IMG/VR virus record: IMGVR_UViG_3300020045_014817 | Span: 1 to 40,009 of that record | Direction: 5' to 3' (one strand) | DNA length: 40,009 nt | Origin: a virus | Taxonomy: Duplodnaviria > Caudoviricetes | Shown here: in pieces, positions 18,434-27,315 of the stretch | Position numbering within the stretch: position 1 is the stretch's first letter | How the letters are laid out: each line of letters begins with the position of its first letter | Made by a program: the position numbers and the translations under genes | The notes under the pieces: model-generated | The model's input: only the letters and a program-made list of their open reading frames with translations | Told to the model about the DNA's origin: nothing | The model's database searches: none

Positions 18434-18676
18434 TTAATTAATTAATTTTTCCTCTAAAACTTCTATTAATAATCCTTTTTCAACGATTTCATTGAAATAG
18501 GCTTCTGGGTGAATTACTGATTTGGTTTTACCTACTTCTCGTAATTCAAAACGCCACTCGCTTTTTTCTTCGGAGTACCAGTAACCAAGCAAAATAAAGA
18601 AACGGTTACGGGGTTGGTTTGTCCACCATGTCAAACGGTTCGGCTTTGGTGGTAATTGGCAAACATTTACGTCCAT
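18434..18676 (-). CDS. Hypothetical protein
   Basis: 80-aa ORF tightly packed in the early operon. Confidence 0.7.
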   Translation of the reverse strand: MDVNVCQLPPKPNRLTWWTNQPRNRFFILLGYWYSEEKSEWRFELREVGKTKSVIHPEAYFNEIVEKGLLIEVLEEKLIN

Positions 18677-18969
18677 TGTTTGGGCTGGTTTTTATGTTTT
18701 ATTCCGTGATGGGCTTTTATTCCTGCGATACCTTTATCCGTACTATAATTACAGTATTTACACTGAATTACGGAGGTTTCGATATTTTGGGGGTTTGGGG
18801 GTTCAATTGTTGAACCCCTAACGGAATAGCCAATTTCTCTTTCTACGATACGAGCGATGTGCAAGGCGTTGTCTCGAATACTGATTAGGTTTGCTTTTAT
18901 GTAGCCCTTGCTTATCGCTTCGTAAGATTTCGAGATATTGTTATTAAGGATTTCGATGTCTGCTATCAT
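18667..18969 (-). CDS. Hypothetical protein with C2H2-type zinc finger
   Basis: CKYC-x13-HHGIKH near the C-terminus. Confidence 0.7.
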   Translation of the reverse strand: MIADIEILNNNISKSYEAISKGYIKANLISIRDNALHIARIVEREIGYSVRGSTIEPPNPQNIETSVIQCKYCNYSTDKGIAGIKAHHGIKHKNQPKQWT

Positions 18970-19130
18970 GCTTCCAAATCGTTTTTAAGTTCCTCTAACA
19001 AGGTCACAACTTGATTGACTATACTTTTTTGTTTGGGAGAAAAAACCGTATCTGAGTCTATTTCTTCTCGGTAAACTCTTGCAATGGTTTCGGCTTTGCG
19101 AGCTGCTAATTTTTGTTTTTCAGTTTTCAT
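18966..19130 (-). CDS. 54-aa hypothetical protein
   Basis: Manual translation MKTEKQKLAARKAETIARVYREEIDSD...LKNDLEA*; ATGA overlap with the next gene. Confidence 0.65.
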   Translation of the reverse strand: MKTEKQKLAARKAETIARVYREEIDSDTVFSPKQKSIVNQVVTLLEELKNDLEA

Positions 19131-19162
19131 GCGTTTCTTTGTTTTTTATTGTTTTGATTACT

Positions 19163-19198
19163 GGCTAACCATGTTACGAGCATGGTTAGCCTTTTTTT
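19163..19198 (+). terminator. Hairpin with + strand U-tract after the methyltransferase gene
   Basis: ggctaaccatg-ttacgag-catggttagcc-ttttttt. Confidence 0.5.
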
Positions 19199-19199
19199 G

Positions 19200-19877
19200 T
19201 TAAACTATTGATAGTTGATTTGATAATGCAGGATTCAGAATGTAGTCAAAAAGTGGCATTTCTATTGACTTTTTAAAACGGTCATTGCCTTGGTTGAAGT
19301 AGTCTTCGTCTAACTCAAAGCCCCAAAAGTCAAAACCTTTTTTATACGCCGCTATGCGTGATGACTGTGAGCCTAAATGAGTATCTAAGATTTTATCACC
19401 TGGTTTAGCGTAGTGTTCTAAAAGCCAAGAATAAAGCCCAACGGGTTTCTGATGAATATGAATAGTTGGTTCTCTTTCAAACTTAACAGCTCCGCACCAA
19501 TGACCATCAAATGTTTTAATTCTCTCTCTCTCAGAATACCACGCTATATCACAACTTGACATATTATGTAAATCTGGGTCAGCTTTTTTGTCCCAGACAA
19601 TAAAGGAACCTTTAGGATTCATAAACGGTAACATATATTGACATCCCCAAATAATTTGTCGTTTTGAAACCCGATAAAGTTCATTGAAATAAGATTCTGG
19701 AGGTATTTCTTTATTCCTATATGTTGTGGTAGTTGTCTTATGCCTTTGTTTTTTATTTTTTGACATCATACTACTTCCATAAGGCGGGTCAACAATAGCC
19801 AAATCCCAAAAACCGTCTGAAAAATCTTTCATTCCTTTTTCACAATCTATATTTTTTACTATTGAAATTGGATTCAT
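19200..19877 (-). CDS. Orphan DNA methyltransferase (N6A/N4C, beta class)
   Basis: DPPY catalytic motif, HIHQKPV, LDTHLGSQS SAM-binding motif; no adjacent endonuclease. Confidence 0.92.
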   Translation of the reverse strand: MNPISIVKNIDCEKGMKDFSDGFWDLAIVDPPYGSSMMSKNKKQRHKTTTTTYRNKEIPPESYFNELYRVSKRQIIWGCQYMLPFMNPKGSFIVWDKKADPDLHNMSSCDIAWYSERERIKTFDGHWCGAVKFEREPTIHIHQKPVGLYSWLLEHYAKPGDKILDTHLGSQSSRIAAYKKGFDFWGFELDEDYFNQGNDRFKKSIEMPLFDYILNPALSNQLSIV

Positions 19878-19888
19878 CTATTTAATTT

Positions 19889-22800
19889 TTAAAACCCTAA
19901 TCCATCCGTTTTGGGTTGAGTTGGAACAATTGTTTGTGGTGCTGGACTGTCAAATTCATCATAGAAATCCGAAATAGGTTTTTCAATGGATGTTCTTAGA
20001 TAGAAATATTCAATCGTGTTCTTTTTGGGGATAACCTTCCAAATTGATTCTTTCGGGTCGAAGTATATTTCTGAACCTTGGGCCGTTATTCTTTCTCCTT
20101 CTTTTCGGTAGCCAATACATTCGGCTGGATTGAGATAGAAGCCTTTGAGAACACCCCATTGGCGGAGCTTGTCTTTGAACTTCTTGTCTCCGCATGAATA
20201 CTTTACGCTTTTCTCATAGTCGTGAAATGCTGGTTTTCTGCGGATATAAGTATCTAACCTATCGGAGGTAACATCAAAATACAAGTCTGCCCATTCAATG
20301 AATTCCTGCCCGATTTCGTTTCGGATGGTATTCATCAATACATTATCCCCAGGTGTATCGACGTAACCAACTTGCATAAATGCTTGGCAACATTGTGCCA
20401 TAAAGTTGAAGTAGGCATTCCATTCGGTTTCGGTAAATTGGCTGAACAAATCTTTCTGGAAATCGTCCGAAATCTTGCGAGTTTCACGATAAATACGGTC
20501 GGCGTTGTTGTGATAATAGTCTGAAAATGTGCTAAACTTTATCCTTCTGGCTAACGAAACATCCAATTTGGCGGGCGGGAAATTGGATGCTACACCAATT
20601 TTTGGGCTATCGTGAAAGTCAATTGTTCGGGGTGCTTTTCCCAAATCTCTCACTTCCATGTTACCCGTCACCATATTGAAAAGTTGCTGAATGTTACTGC
20701 TTTTCGTGGGGTCATCGATGAATAAAAAATCGGTGTGTTTGGTAACTCCCGCCAAAAAGAACTTGTCATTTAATCCGCCTTCTTCCCTCCTGCCGTCAAT
20801 AATCTTTGTCGACATCAGGATTTTCAAACTTTCCATGGCCGTACTTTTTCCCGTTCCACCTTGCGACTTTTCGGTGTCTCGCATCACGTGATCCTGAAAC
20901 CACGGCATATAAGCCTCTGAGCGTTTTTTATACCCGTGCAACATATAACCGAATGCGGTTATTTTGTTGATAAGGTGTTGTTCTTGCTCCTGTATCTGGT
21001 CATCATCTAATAATTCCCCGTGAATATTGAATCTGTTTTTTTCACGGTAATCGTTGCGTTCTTCTGCCGTACTGTACTTTTCTTCCAGACGGTCTTCGAG
21101 TTCTTCACGCCACCAAATGCGGGAGGCATTGGTAAGGAAGCGGAAGAATAGACAAGAATTGTCCAAAATCTTAATCCTAAATCTGCCGAGGTCATCTTTG
21201 AAGATTTCAAACATCGGATTCATTAATTTCAATCTTGCATACTTGATTCTGACTGCTTCGGCGTAGTTGGTTGGCTTAATTACCTCATGCTGCCAAATTT
21301 TAACGACCGACTTTTCGGGTTTGATTTCCGTTATTTCATCTTTCGTGATTTTCAATACACCCGTTTGAAAGGTTTTGTATTGGGTGTTTTCGTCAAAATC
21401 GTTGAAATCAACGGTTAATGTCAATAACTTTTGCAATTGCGGATCTGATAGTTGAGCGGTGTTTGAAAAAACCTCTTTCAATCGCCAGTCGAACATACCT
21501 GAATCTAAGAATGAACTTAAATAGGCCCTCATATCGTCACCAGTTACTCGCACAATTACATTATCATTGAGCTGAATAAATTGGTATAATGGCGTTCCGT
21601 CCTGCTCCGTTCCTACTTGCAATTTCCCGAAACCTGAACGGCTCAAAAAGTTGATTGCGTAGGTGGTGATTATCGTGAATTTCTTGATAACTTCTCCGTC
21701 CTTGAATTTCTTTGTACCATCACGATTTACGGGAATTTCTTCTTCCCAAAACTGATATGGTTTTGAGTTATTGAGTAATGTTTTGAAATCGGCTCTGGTA
21801 CGGAGGTTCAGGTAGTCCCGTAAATCTTTGCAAGGTTTTCCCTTGGCATCGTACTGATTAGCAAGTGTATCGGGAAGAAAAACCGTTCTTAAAGACAAAT
21901 GCTTGATATTGAGCTTATGAGCGAATTTCTTTCCTGCATCGTCTAAGTCGAAAAGAATATAGACGTATTTAGCTATTTTCTTAATTTCGTTGATGATATT
22001 ATCGGATAATCTTTCAATATCACTTTCTGAATTGAGCCAAACGGGTGGCACGCCCATGGCTTCGATATTGAGACAATCTGAACCACCTGAGCCAATGGCC
22101 AATTGTGGGTGCTGCCACGGCGTTGGTTCACGAGGCCAGTTCTTTTCACCTGGTTCAATGCCGTTTGCTTGTGCCTTTTCAATATCTGACTGATATTTGA
22201 AGTCTATTTCTTCATTCTTCTTCTTATAGACTTCTATATGTTGTGCCAAACCGTGAACGAATTGTTTGGGAAGATTCCCGAAATAACGGAAGCGTAATTC
22301 TCCTTTTGGCTGGTAGATTTTTGAAAAGTCTTTTTCTTGATATACAAAAATCGGGAAGGCTTCGGTAGCGGTAAATTTGATGTGCTTTAAAGAGCCATCA
22401 TCATTTCTTTTCACGTATTCATAATATTCTACGGCAGCGAAATTGTATCTCTTACAGATGGCAATTGCTTTTTTTGTGCCTTCTTCTCTATCTAATGTGC
22501 CGTCTGGTTTTCTACATAGATGCTGCCATGTATTTACGGCAAATACAGTTTTGAGGTCGGTTTCAGTAAAGTCACGAGTTTTGACGTTCCAGAAACCTTC
22601 GATTTGTCCTTCCTTTGCTGGGTTGGACTTGATGACATCTTTCAGATTCTCGAATTTTGAATCTGCTTTTTTGTTGTCTTCGCCAGTTAATTGCAAACGA
22701 CTTGCGATTAATTGACAGGCTTCGGTGAAGGATATACGTTCAAGACGCATGACTACGTCGATACCTCTCATGCGGTCCCAATCTTCGCCGTAATTTTTGA

Positions 22801-22975
22801 CCCACCAAAACCCGCCGTATTCTGAAAGGGTACAAGAGGCTTTAGAGTCTGATTCGTCAAAACGGAAATGTTTGTTGGATGTTACACAATTTGCAGATTC
22901 TGGAATCCACGCAGTAATGATGTCTAAGCCTCCGTTTGTTTGCTGGTATATTGATTGTGCGGTGATAAAAATCAT
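19889..22975 (-). CDS. DNA primase-helicase (Toprim + C-terminal P-loop ATPase)
   Basis: YILFDLDDAG and KDLRDY Toprim motifs; GGTGKS Walker A, LFIDD Walker B, ASNF sensor. Confidence 0.88.
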   Translation of the reverse strand: MIFITAQSIYQQTNGGLDIITAWIPESANCVTSNKHFRFDESDSKASCTLSEYGGFWWVKNYGEDWDRMRGIDVVMRLERISFTEACQLIASRLQLTGEDNKKADSKFENLKDVIKSNPAKEGQIEGFWNVKTRDFTETDLKTVFAVNTWQHLCRKPDGTLDREEGTKKAIAICKRYNFAAVEYYEYVKRNDDGSLKHIKFTATEAFPIFVYQEKDFSKIYQPKGELRFRYFGNLPKQFVHGLAQHIEVYKKKNEEIDFKYQSDIEKAQANGIEPGEKNWPREPTPWQHPQLAIGSGGSDCLNIEAMGVPPVWLNSESDIERLSDNIINEIKKIAKYVYILFDLDDAGKKFAHKLNIKHLSLRTVFLPDTLANQYDAKGKPCKDLRDYLNLRTRADFKTLLNNSKPYQFWEEEIPVNRDGTKKFKDGEVIKKFTIITTYAINFLSRSGFGKLQVGTEQDGTPLYQFIQLNDNVIVRVTGDDMRAYLSSFLDSGMFDWRLKEVFSNTAQLSDPQLQKLLTLTVDFNDFDENTQYKTFQTGVLKITKDEITEIKPEKSVVKIWQHEVIKPTNYAEAVRIKYARLKLMNPMFEIFKDDLGRFRIKILDNSCLFFRFLTNASRIWWREELEDRLEEKYSTAEERNDYREKNRFNIHGELLDDDQIQEQEQHLINKITAFGYMLHGYKKRSEAYMPWFQDHVMRDTEKSQGGTGKSTAMESLKILMSTKIIDGRREEGGLNDKFFLAGVTKHTDFLFIDDPTKSSNIQQLFNMVTGNMEVRDLGKAPRTIDFHDSPKIGVASNFPPAKLDVSLARRIKFSTFSDYYHNNADRIYRETRKISDDFQKDLFSQFTETEWNAYFNFMAQCCQAFMQVGYVDTPGDNVLMNTIRNEIGQEFIEWADLYFDVTSDRLDTYIRRKPAFHDYEKSVKYSCGDKKFKDKLRQWGVLKGFYLNPAECIGYRKEGERITAQGSEIYFDPKESIWKVIPKKNTIEYFYLRTSIEKPISDFYDEFDSPAPQTIVPTQPKTDGLGF

Positions 22976-23178
22976 TGTGGTTTGGTTATTAAGGCTTGTA
23001 ATTTCTTGTTATGTTCTGCTATCTGACTATCGGCAAAAAGTCGATTACCTGGTAAGGAGACTTTATTTAGAAAATCTTTCCATTCTGCAATCTCTTTACG
23101 ATGATGGGCTATTTTATTGGCCCTGATTTCATCATCTGACACATACCACTTCATAGCTTTCAAGGGTTTTGATGGCAT
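22972..23178 (-). CDS. Hypothetical protein (start may be the internal MKWYV)
   Basis: ATGA overlap with the primase gene. Confidence 0.65.
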   Translation of the reverse strand: MPSKPLKAMKWYVSDDEIRANKIAHHRKEIAEWKDFLNKVSLPGNRLFADSQIAEHNKKLQALITKPQ

Positions 23179-23368
23179 TATTTACGTGATAGAGTTCGTC
23201 GTTCCAGTACCAAAGGGCTTCATTCTCTTTGATTTGCTCATTACAGATATTACGGGCATTTCGTAAGATTTGGAGAAATTCAATTCTTGTTTTGACATCA
23301 AATGTTTCGCCTTCTTCAATGGCTTTGATTATGTCACGGGAGGTTATTATTTGTGGTACAGTTGTCAT
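23132..23368 (-). CDS. Hypothetical protein (probable start MTTVPQ at 23368)
   Basis: ATG 23368 forms an ATGA overlap with the upstream 32-aa ORF. Confidence 0.65.
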   Translation of the reverse strand: MTTVPQIITSRDIIKAIEEGETFDVKTRIEFLQILRNARNICNEQIKENEALWYWNDELYHVNNAIKTLESYEVVCVR

Positions 23369-23463
23369 CGTAAGCATTTGTAAAAGATTAAAAAAAGTAA
23401 ATGAGCGACATTTAATATTATCATTAGGAGGCAAAACTTTTGGAAGTTATCCATCTTTTTCAT
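23365..23463 (-). CDS. 32-aa single-TM peptide
   Basis: MKKMDNFQKFCLLMIILNVAHLLFLIFYKCLR*; A/C-rich leader; ATGA coupling. Confidence 0.55.
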   Translation of the reverse strand: MKKMDNFQKFCLLMIILNVAHLLFLIFYKCLR

Positions 23464-23701
23464 GGTTAAGCAGTAGTTTTTGGTTTGGGGAAAATTAAGG
23501 GTTCGGCAGAGCCAAACCCTTGAACCATATTACCAAACCACTCAAGTAGTGAAACCTCTATTGTTGTTTCATCCCTGATTTAAAATACACCAGCATACTG
23601 AAAAGAACGTTCTGAAAGTGGCTGACAAACTTTCATTGTGCGGGGAACCACCCCGCATAAATACCATTTTGACAATGCCAAGTAGTATTTGTCTTACCTC
23701 C

Positions 23702-24079
23702 TTAACTTTTGAATAAAAACACTAATAGCAAAAAAGCAATGGTAATGATTGAATAAGCAATGAGGTCGGCTTTACGGTTTTCGTCCTCGGTTACTAAGAA
23801 ATCTTGGTCAATTTCTGGCTGATGGAAACGGACTTTGATGGTATTATTAGGCGGATTGTTGATTTTTTTAATGGCTTCGGTTACTTGCTCATAACCTTCG
23901 CATAAGTCTCGGCGAGTTTCTTTTTTGATGTCACCGTCACATAAGAATGATAGATAGTCTAAGCGAGTGAAGTCTAAGCGGCTAAGGGCTTGTTCTTTCT
24001 CGGATGGTGACCAGTTGACGAAATGGTTATTTTCTACTTCGTCCAGAATTTGCGGTAAATCTTTTAAATACTTTATCAT
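23702..24079 (-). CDS. Hypothetical protein with C-terminal TM anchor
   Basis: 125 aa ending LIAYSIITIAFLLLVFLFKS. Confidence 0.75.
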   Translation of the reverse strand: MIKYLKDLPQILDEVENNHFVNWSPSEKEQALSRLDFTRLDYLSFLCDGDIKKETRRDLCEGYEQVTEAIKKINNPPNNTIKVRFHQPEIDQDFLVTEDENRKADLIAYSIITIAFLLLVFLFKS

Positions 24080-24106
24080 GGTTTTGATGATTTGAGGGTT
24101 TGCAGT

Positions 24107-24181
24107 TTATTTTTTTGAGACTTTAAAGCCCAGCCATACGCCGATGGCTAAGAGGAATAAAGCAAGGATTATGAATTGCAT
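24107..24181 (-). CDS. 24-aa single-TM peptide
   Basis: MQFIILALFLLAIGVWLGFKVSKK*; starts 2 nt after the cro-like stop. Confidence 0.55.
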   Translation of the reverse strand: MQFIILALFLLAIGVWLGFKVSKK

Positions 24182-24183
24182 GG

Positions 24184-24402
24184 TTACAGTACTGATTTTA
24201 TTTGATTCATTTCCTCACGATTTGGAGCGGAACGCCCATCTCTTATATTTTCAAAGGCTTGGCCTTTATTATACGCTGCCTTTGCCGTTAGTTTTTTATA
24301 GTAAGTATCCAATATTTTTCCAATCCATCCACGGGGTAAAGATTCTTTGATTTTTTGAAATTCCTCCTTAGCGTCTTCTGTTGTACTTTTCTTCTTTGAC
24401 AT
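24184..24402 (-). CDS. Cro-like small regulator, first gene of the lytic operon
   Basis: 72-aa basic protein (LPRGW...FENIRDGRS), divergent from the repressor. Confidence 0.55.
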   Translation of the reverse strand: MSKKKSTTEDAKEEFQKIKESLPRGWIGKILDTYYKKLTAKAAYNKGQAFENIRDGRSAPNREEMNQIKSVL

Positions 24403-24448
24403 ACCGTTTGATAGTTTTCAGTTAGATTTTGGTTTACTTTCAAGTGTT

Positions 24449-24552
24449 TTACCTTACATTTGTAAGGCGTAATACTTAACGCCTTATTGTGATACAAAGG
24501 TTGCAATTTACCTTAATATATACAAGTAATTAACCTCAATATTTTGAGGTAA
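24449..24552. promoter_or_regulatory. Lysis/lysogeny switch: three 22-bp operator-like palindromes and Bacteroidota sigma70 promoters
   Basis: ttaccttacatttgtaaggcgt (24449), ttaccttaatatatacaagtaa (24508), taacctcaatattttgaggtaa (24531); leftward TTG-N20-AACCTTTG (24525-24495); rightward TACATTTG (24455-24462). Confidence 0.65.
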
Positions 24553-24565
24553 AGCCTAATTTATA

Positions 24566-24928
24566 ATGAATCTAAACAGACACTTCGGGGAAGCCTTAAA
24601 AAAATATATTGAGGACAGAGGGATAGCGATAAACAAAATGGCTGACAGGATTGGTGTTACATATCAGGCCTATGTAGATTATTTTAATTCAAAAAATCCA
24701 AGAGATGTGACTAAAACAAAAATTCTGGAAGGGCTCGGTGTAACAATAGAAGAACTATTTGAGGAAAAAGTAGAAGTAGTTCCTCTAAAAGAGTATCAAA
24801 AACTATTAGAAGAGAAAAACCAACTGCTTGAAGAAGTTGCCCAATATAGATTGGAGAAAATAAAGGTATTAGAATCTGAGAAGCTGAAGGGCGAAAGCCC
24901 TGTACATAAAACTTCTACATCTTATTAA
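24566..24928 (+). CDS. XRE-family HTH repressor (CI-like), no S24 peptidase domain
   Basis: LKKYIEDRGIAINKMADRIGVTYQAY...KILEGLGVTIEELF plus a coiled-coil C-terminus. Confidence 0.88.
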   Translation: MNLNRHFGEALKKYIEDRGIAINKMADRIGVTYQAYVDYFNSKNPRDVTKTKILEGLGVTIEELFEEKVEVVPLKEYQKLLEEKNQLLEEVAQYRLEKIKVLESEKLKGESPVHKTSTSY

Positions 24929-24978
24929 GTCCATTTTTATTTACAATAATTAACTACATTATTAAACCGTCTGTTAAA

Positions 24979-25482
24979 ATGAAGAAACTATTATCTATTG
25001 TTCTATTAACTGCATTGTGTTACAGTTGTATGCCAGGGTGTGTACCCGTTCAAATTCCGATAGACAAATCAACCAAAATGCCTCTTTACCGTGATATTGT
25101 GTTTCAAAGTGGTATGAGCCAAGAAGAAATGTTTTTGAAGGCTAATGTATGGCTGGCAAGAACTTTTGTAGATAGCAAATCAGTTATTTCATATTCAGAC
25201 TCAAAAGCTGGCTATATCATTGGTAAAGGAAACTTTAGTGTTTATGTAGATAAAGTTTCATTGGGCAATGTTAGTTACGTTATAGAAATTCTGGTAAAAG
25301 ATGGTAAAGCTCAGATAAGTCTCGACCAATTTAAGTCCGATTATTATGGATTAATGACAGGTAAGCCAAATGATGATAACGAATCTGAAGACTGTGTTTA
25401 CAATAAAATTCATAGGTATTCAGAACAAACAATAAAAGAGTTTAAGACAGAAGCTTTCCGTCCATCATCAAACGATTTTTAG
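24979..25482 (+). CDS. DUF4468-like lipoprotein (lysogeny-expressed moron)
   Basis: Lipobox-like LCYSC; MSQEEMFLKANVWLARTF.DSKSVI...GYIIGKG...I.VKDGK pattern. Confidence 0.75.
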   Translation: MKKLLSIVLLTALCYSCMPGCVPVQIPIDKSTKMPLYRDIVFQSGMSQEEMFLKANVWLARTFVDSKSVISYSDSKAGYIIGKGNFSVYVDKVSLGNVSYVIEILVKDGKAQISLDQFKSDYYGLMTGKPNDDNESEDCVYNKIHRYSEQTIKEFKTEAFRPSSNDF

Positions 25483-25483
25483 T

Positions 25484-25588
25484 ATGCACCCCGACCAAAA
25501 ACGCTGGTATAAATTTATCGGCTTCCTTGCTTTATTATGGATGGTAATGTTTGTGGTGTTGCGATTATTGGGAGTAATCAATAAATAA
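25484..25588 (+). CDS. 34-aa single-TM peptide
   Basis: MHPDQKRWYKFIGFLALLWMVMFVVLRLLGVINK*; starts 1 nt after the lipoprotein stop. Confidence 0.55.
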   Translation: MHPDQKRWYKFIGFLALLWMVMFVVLRLLGVINK

Positions 25589-25613
25589 TTAATAAAATAT
25601 AATTTACTGAAAC

Positions 25614-25640
25614 AAAAAAGCCTCATTGTAGGCTTTTTCT
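25614..25640 (+). terminator. Terminator of the repressor operon
   Basis: aaaaaagcct-cattgt-aggctttttct. Confidence 0.6.
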
Positions 25641-25779
25641 GTCTAATAATTACTGTAAAACGTTTCAGTCGTGTTTCAGTAAAAAGAAAAGTATTCACGC
25701 TTAAAGTATTGAAAGTTAGGAGTTTGTGGTAAAAATCGGCTTTACTGTCGGGATCACATAGTAACAACAAGTTACAAGC

Positions 25780-25815
25780 AAAAACCTTCAATACTTCATG
25801 TATTGAAGGTTTTTT
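25780..25815 (+). terminator. Terminator following the att core (would terminate the restored tRNA after integration)
   Basis: aaaaaccttcaatac-ttcat-gtattgaaggttttt, perfect 15-bp stem. Confidence 0.8.
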
Positions 25816-25864
25816 GAGTTTAAGGGATGTTTCAGTAAGTTTCACACGTGTTTCAGTAGCTACC

Positions 25865-27052
25865 ATGAATATAACTTTCACCCCCGAATTGAATAATAAG
25901 CCAGACAAAAATGGCTTGCACACGGTTTTGTTAAGAATTACAAAAAACCGTAAACACCAAAGAACTTCACTAAATTTTGCGGTAAAACCCGAAGAATGGA
26001 ATATTACGATCCGTCGGGTATCTCCAAAGCGAAAAGGTTATAAGGACTTGAATAGATTGATAGAAGAAGCGATTTTGCAAGCGAAGGCAGTATCGAAGGA
26101 GTCGGAAGCGGAACCTGCGGAGATTAAACGAAAGATGCAAACTGGTTCAAAAAATGGCACGTTTTACGATTATGCCGAAAGCTACCTGAAGAACTTCCAA
26201 AACTCTGGAACGCTACGAGGAAAAGAAGCAGTTATCTCGAAATTAAGAGCGTATAAGGCTTATTTGAATTTTGATGACATTACGAAGGCTTTTGTTTTGG
26301 GCTATATTAAACACCTGAAAGAAGTTTTAAAAAATAATGATAACACTATTCAAAAAAACATTTCTACCCTTAAAACTATCTACATGGATGCAATTGATGA
26401 GGAGTTCTACAAAAGTGCTATGCCGAATCCGTTTAAGAAACTGGCTTTGAAAACTTCTCCCTCCTACCGTGAAAGATTGACTTTTGAAGATATTGAACGC
26501 ATTGAGGCTTTACAGTTAGTTGAAAACTCGGTACATTATCACGCAAGAAATATTTTCCTATTACAGTATTACAGTTTCGGGTGTAGGATTTCGGATATGT
26601 TAACTATGAAATGGGAAAATGTGAAAGGTGAGCATATTATTTACGAAACACACAAAAACCATAAATTATTAAAGCCTTTGGTAACAAGCAAAAGTGAAAA
26701 GATTTTGGAGCTTTACCGCCAAAAAGGTAAACGACCAGTTGATTATATTTTTCCGTTTTTGAAAAATCATATCTGGACTGATCATCGGGAGTTTAGAAAG
26801 GAGATTGAAGCTAAAACGGCATTGATAAATAAGTCTTTGCGGGCAATTGCGGAGAAATTAGAACTCAAGAAACATATTCATACGCACGTTTCGAGACATA
26901 GTTTTGCCGAAAATTCGAGAATTAAAACGGATGGAGATATTTTCAATATTTCAAAGTCTTTAGGTCATTCAAGAATTGCGACTACGGAGGGATATTTGAG
27001 CGAAGGAAATACGGATGAAACAGATAAATTAGCGAGATTGGTTTATGCTTAA
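25865..27052 (+). CDS. int: Tyrosine integrase (Bacteroidota arm-binding/SAM-like type); probable start MNITF at 25865
   Basis: GCRISD (R), HVSRHSFA (HxxR), LGHS, TTEGY (Y); the track TTG start lies inside the attP arm sites. Confidence 0.95.
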   Translation: MNITFTPELNNKPDKNGLHTVLLRITKNRKHQRTSLNFAVKPEEWNITIRRVSPKRKGYKDLNRLIEEAILQAKAVSKESEAEPAEIKRKMQTGSKNGTFYDYAESYLKNFQNSGTLRGKEAVISKLRAYKAYLNFDDITKAFVLGYIKHLKEVLKNNDNTIQKNISTLKTIYMDAIDEEFYKSAMPNPFKKLALKTSPSYRERLTFEDIERIEALQLVENSVHYHARNIFLLQYYSFGCRISDMLTMKWENVKGEHIIYETHKNHKLLKPLVTSKSEKILELYRQKGKRPVDYIFPFLKNHIWTDHREFRKEIEAKTALINKSLRAIAEKLELKKHIHTHVSRHSFAENSRIKTDGDIFNISKSLGHSRIATTEGYLSEGNTDETDKLARLVYA

Positions 27053-27063
27053 AAATATATATT

Positions 27064-27315
27064 ATGAATTTACGAAACATAACTTTTGAAAATCTTGACC
27101 ATGAGCCTTTTGTTTTTGTTGAAAAATTGGGTTCGAGGGCAAAACATATCCAACTTTGGACGGAGTATAGAGGTATAAAAATCTATAACCGTCAGCTTTG
27201 GATAGAATTTGACCGTGAATTTACCCTAAACAAGGAAACCTACTCACTTGATAGAATAAAATGGTTTGAGAATTTAGTTGAGATTCAGAAAATCTTGAAA
27301 GCAATGGGGAAATAA
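27064..27315 (+). CDS. Hypothetical protein downstream of integrase
   Basis: 83-aa ORF followed by a terminator. Confidence 0.7.
   Translation: MNLRNITFENLDHEPFVFVEKLGSRAKHIQLWTEYRGIKIYNRQLWIEFDREFTLNKETYSLDRIKWFENLVEIQKILKAMGK

Larger units (their letters stand above)
25604..25858. other. attP: attP: core CTGTCGGGATCAC (25745-25757) with TGTTTCAGTA arm-type repeats on both sides
   Basis: Core resembles the tRNA-Arg 3' end ...TTCGAATCCTGTCGGGATCAC (from memory); arm repeats at 25605 (reverse), 25661, 25672, 25828, 25849; directly upstream of int. Confidence 0.8.

Noticed and set aside
3418-19191. Shared GGCTAACCA...GTTAGCC stem in hairpins at 3418-3442 and 19163-19191 as a common regulatory element
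   Set aside because: Only two copies with different loops and contexts; insufficient support
19200-19877. Restriction-modification system
   Set aside because: No cognate endonuclease; orphan MTases are common in temperate phages
25745-25758. Complete tRNA gene
   Set aside because: Only the 3' 13-14 nt are present; upstream sequence lacks the T-loop, anticodon arm and D arm
25468-25923. 151-aa - strand ORF
   Set aside because: Spans attP, terminators and the integrase start antisense; not protein-like
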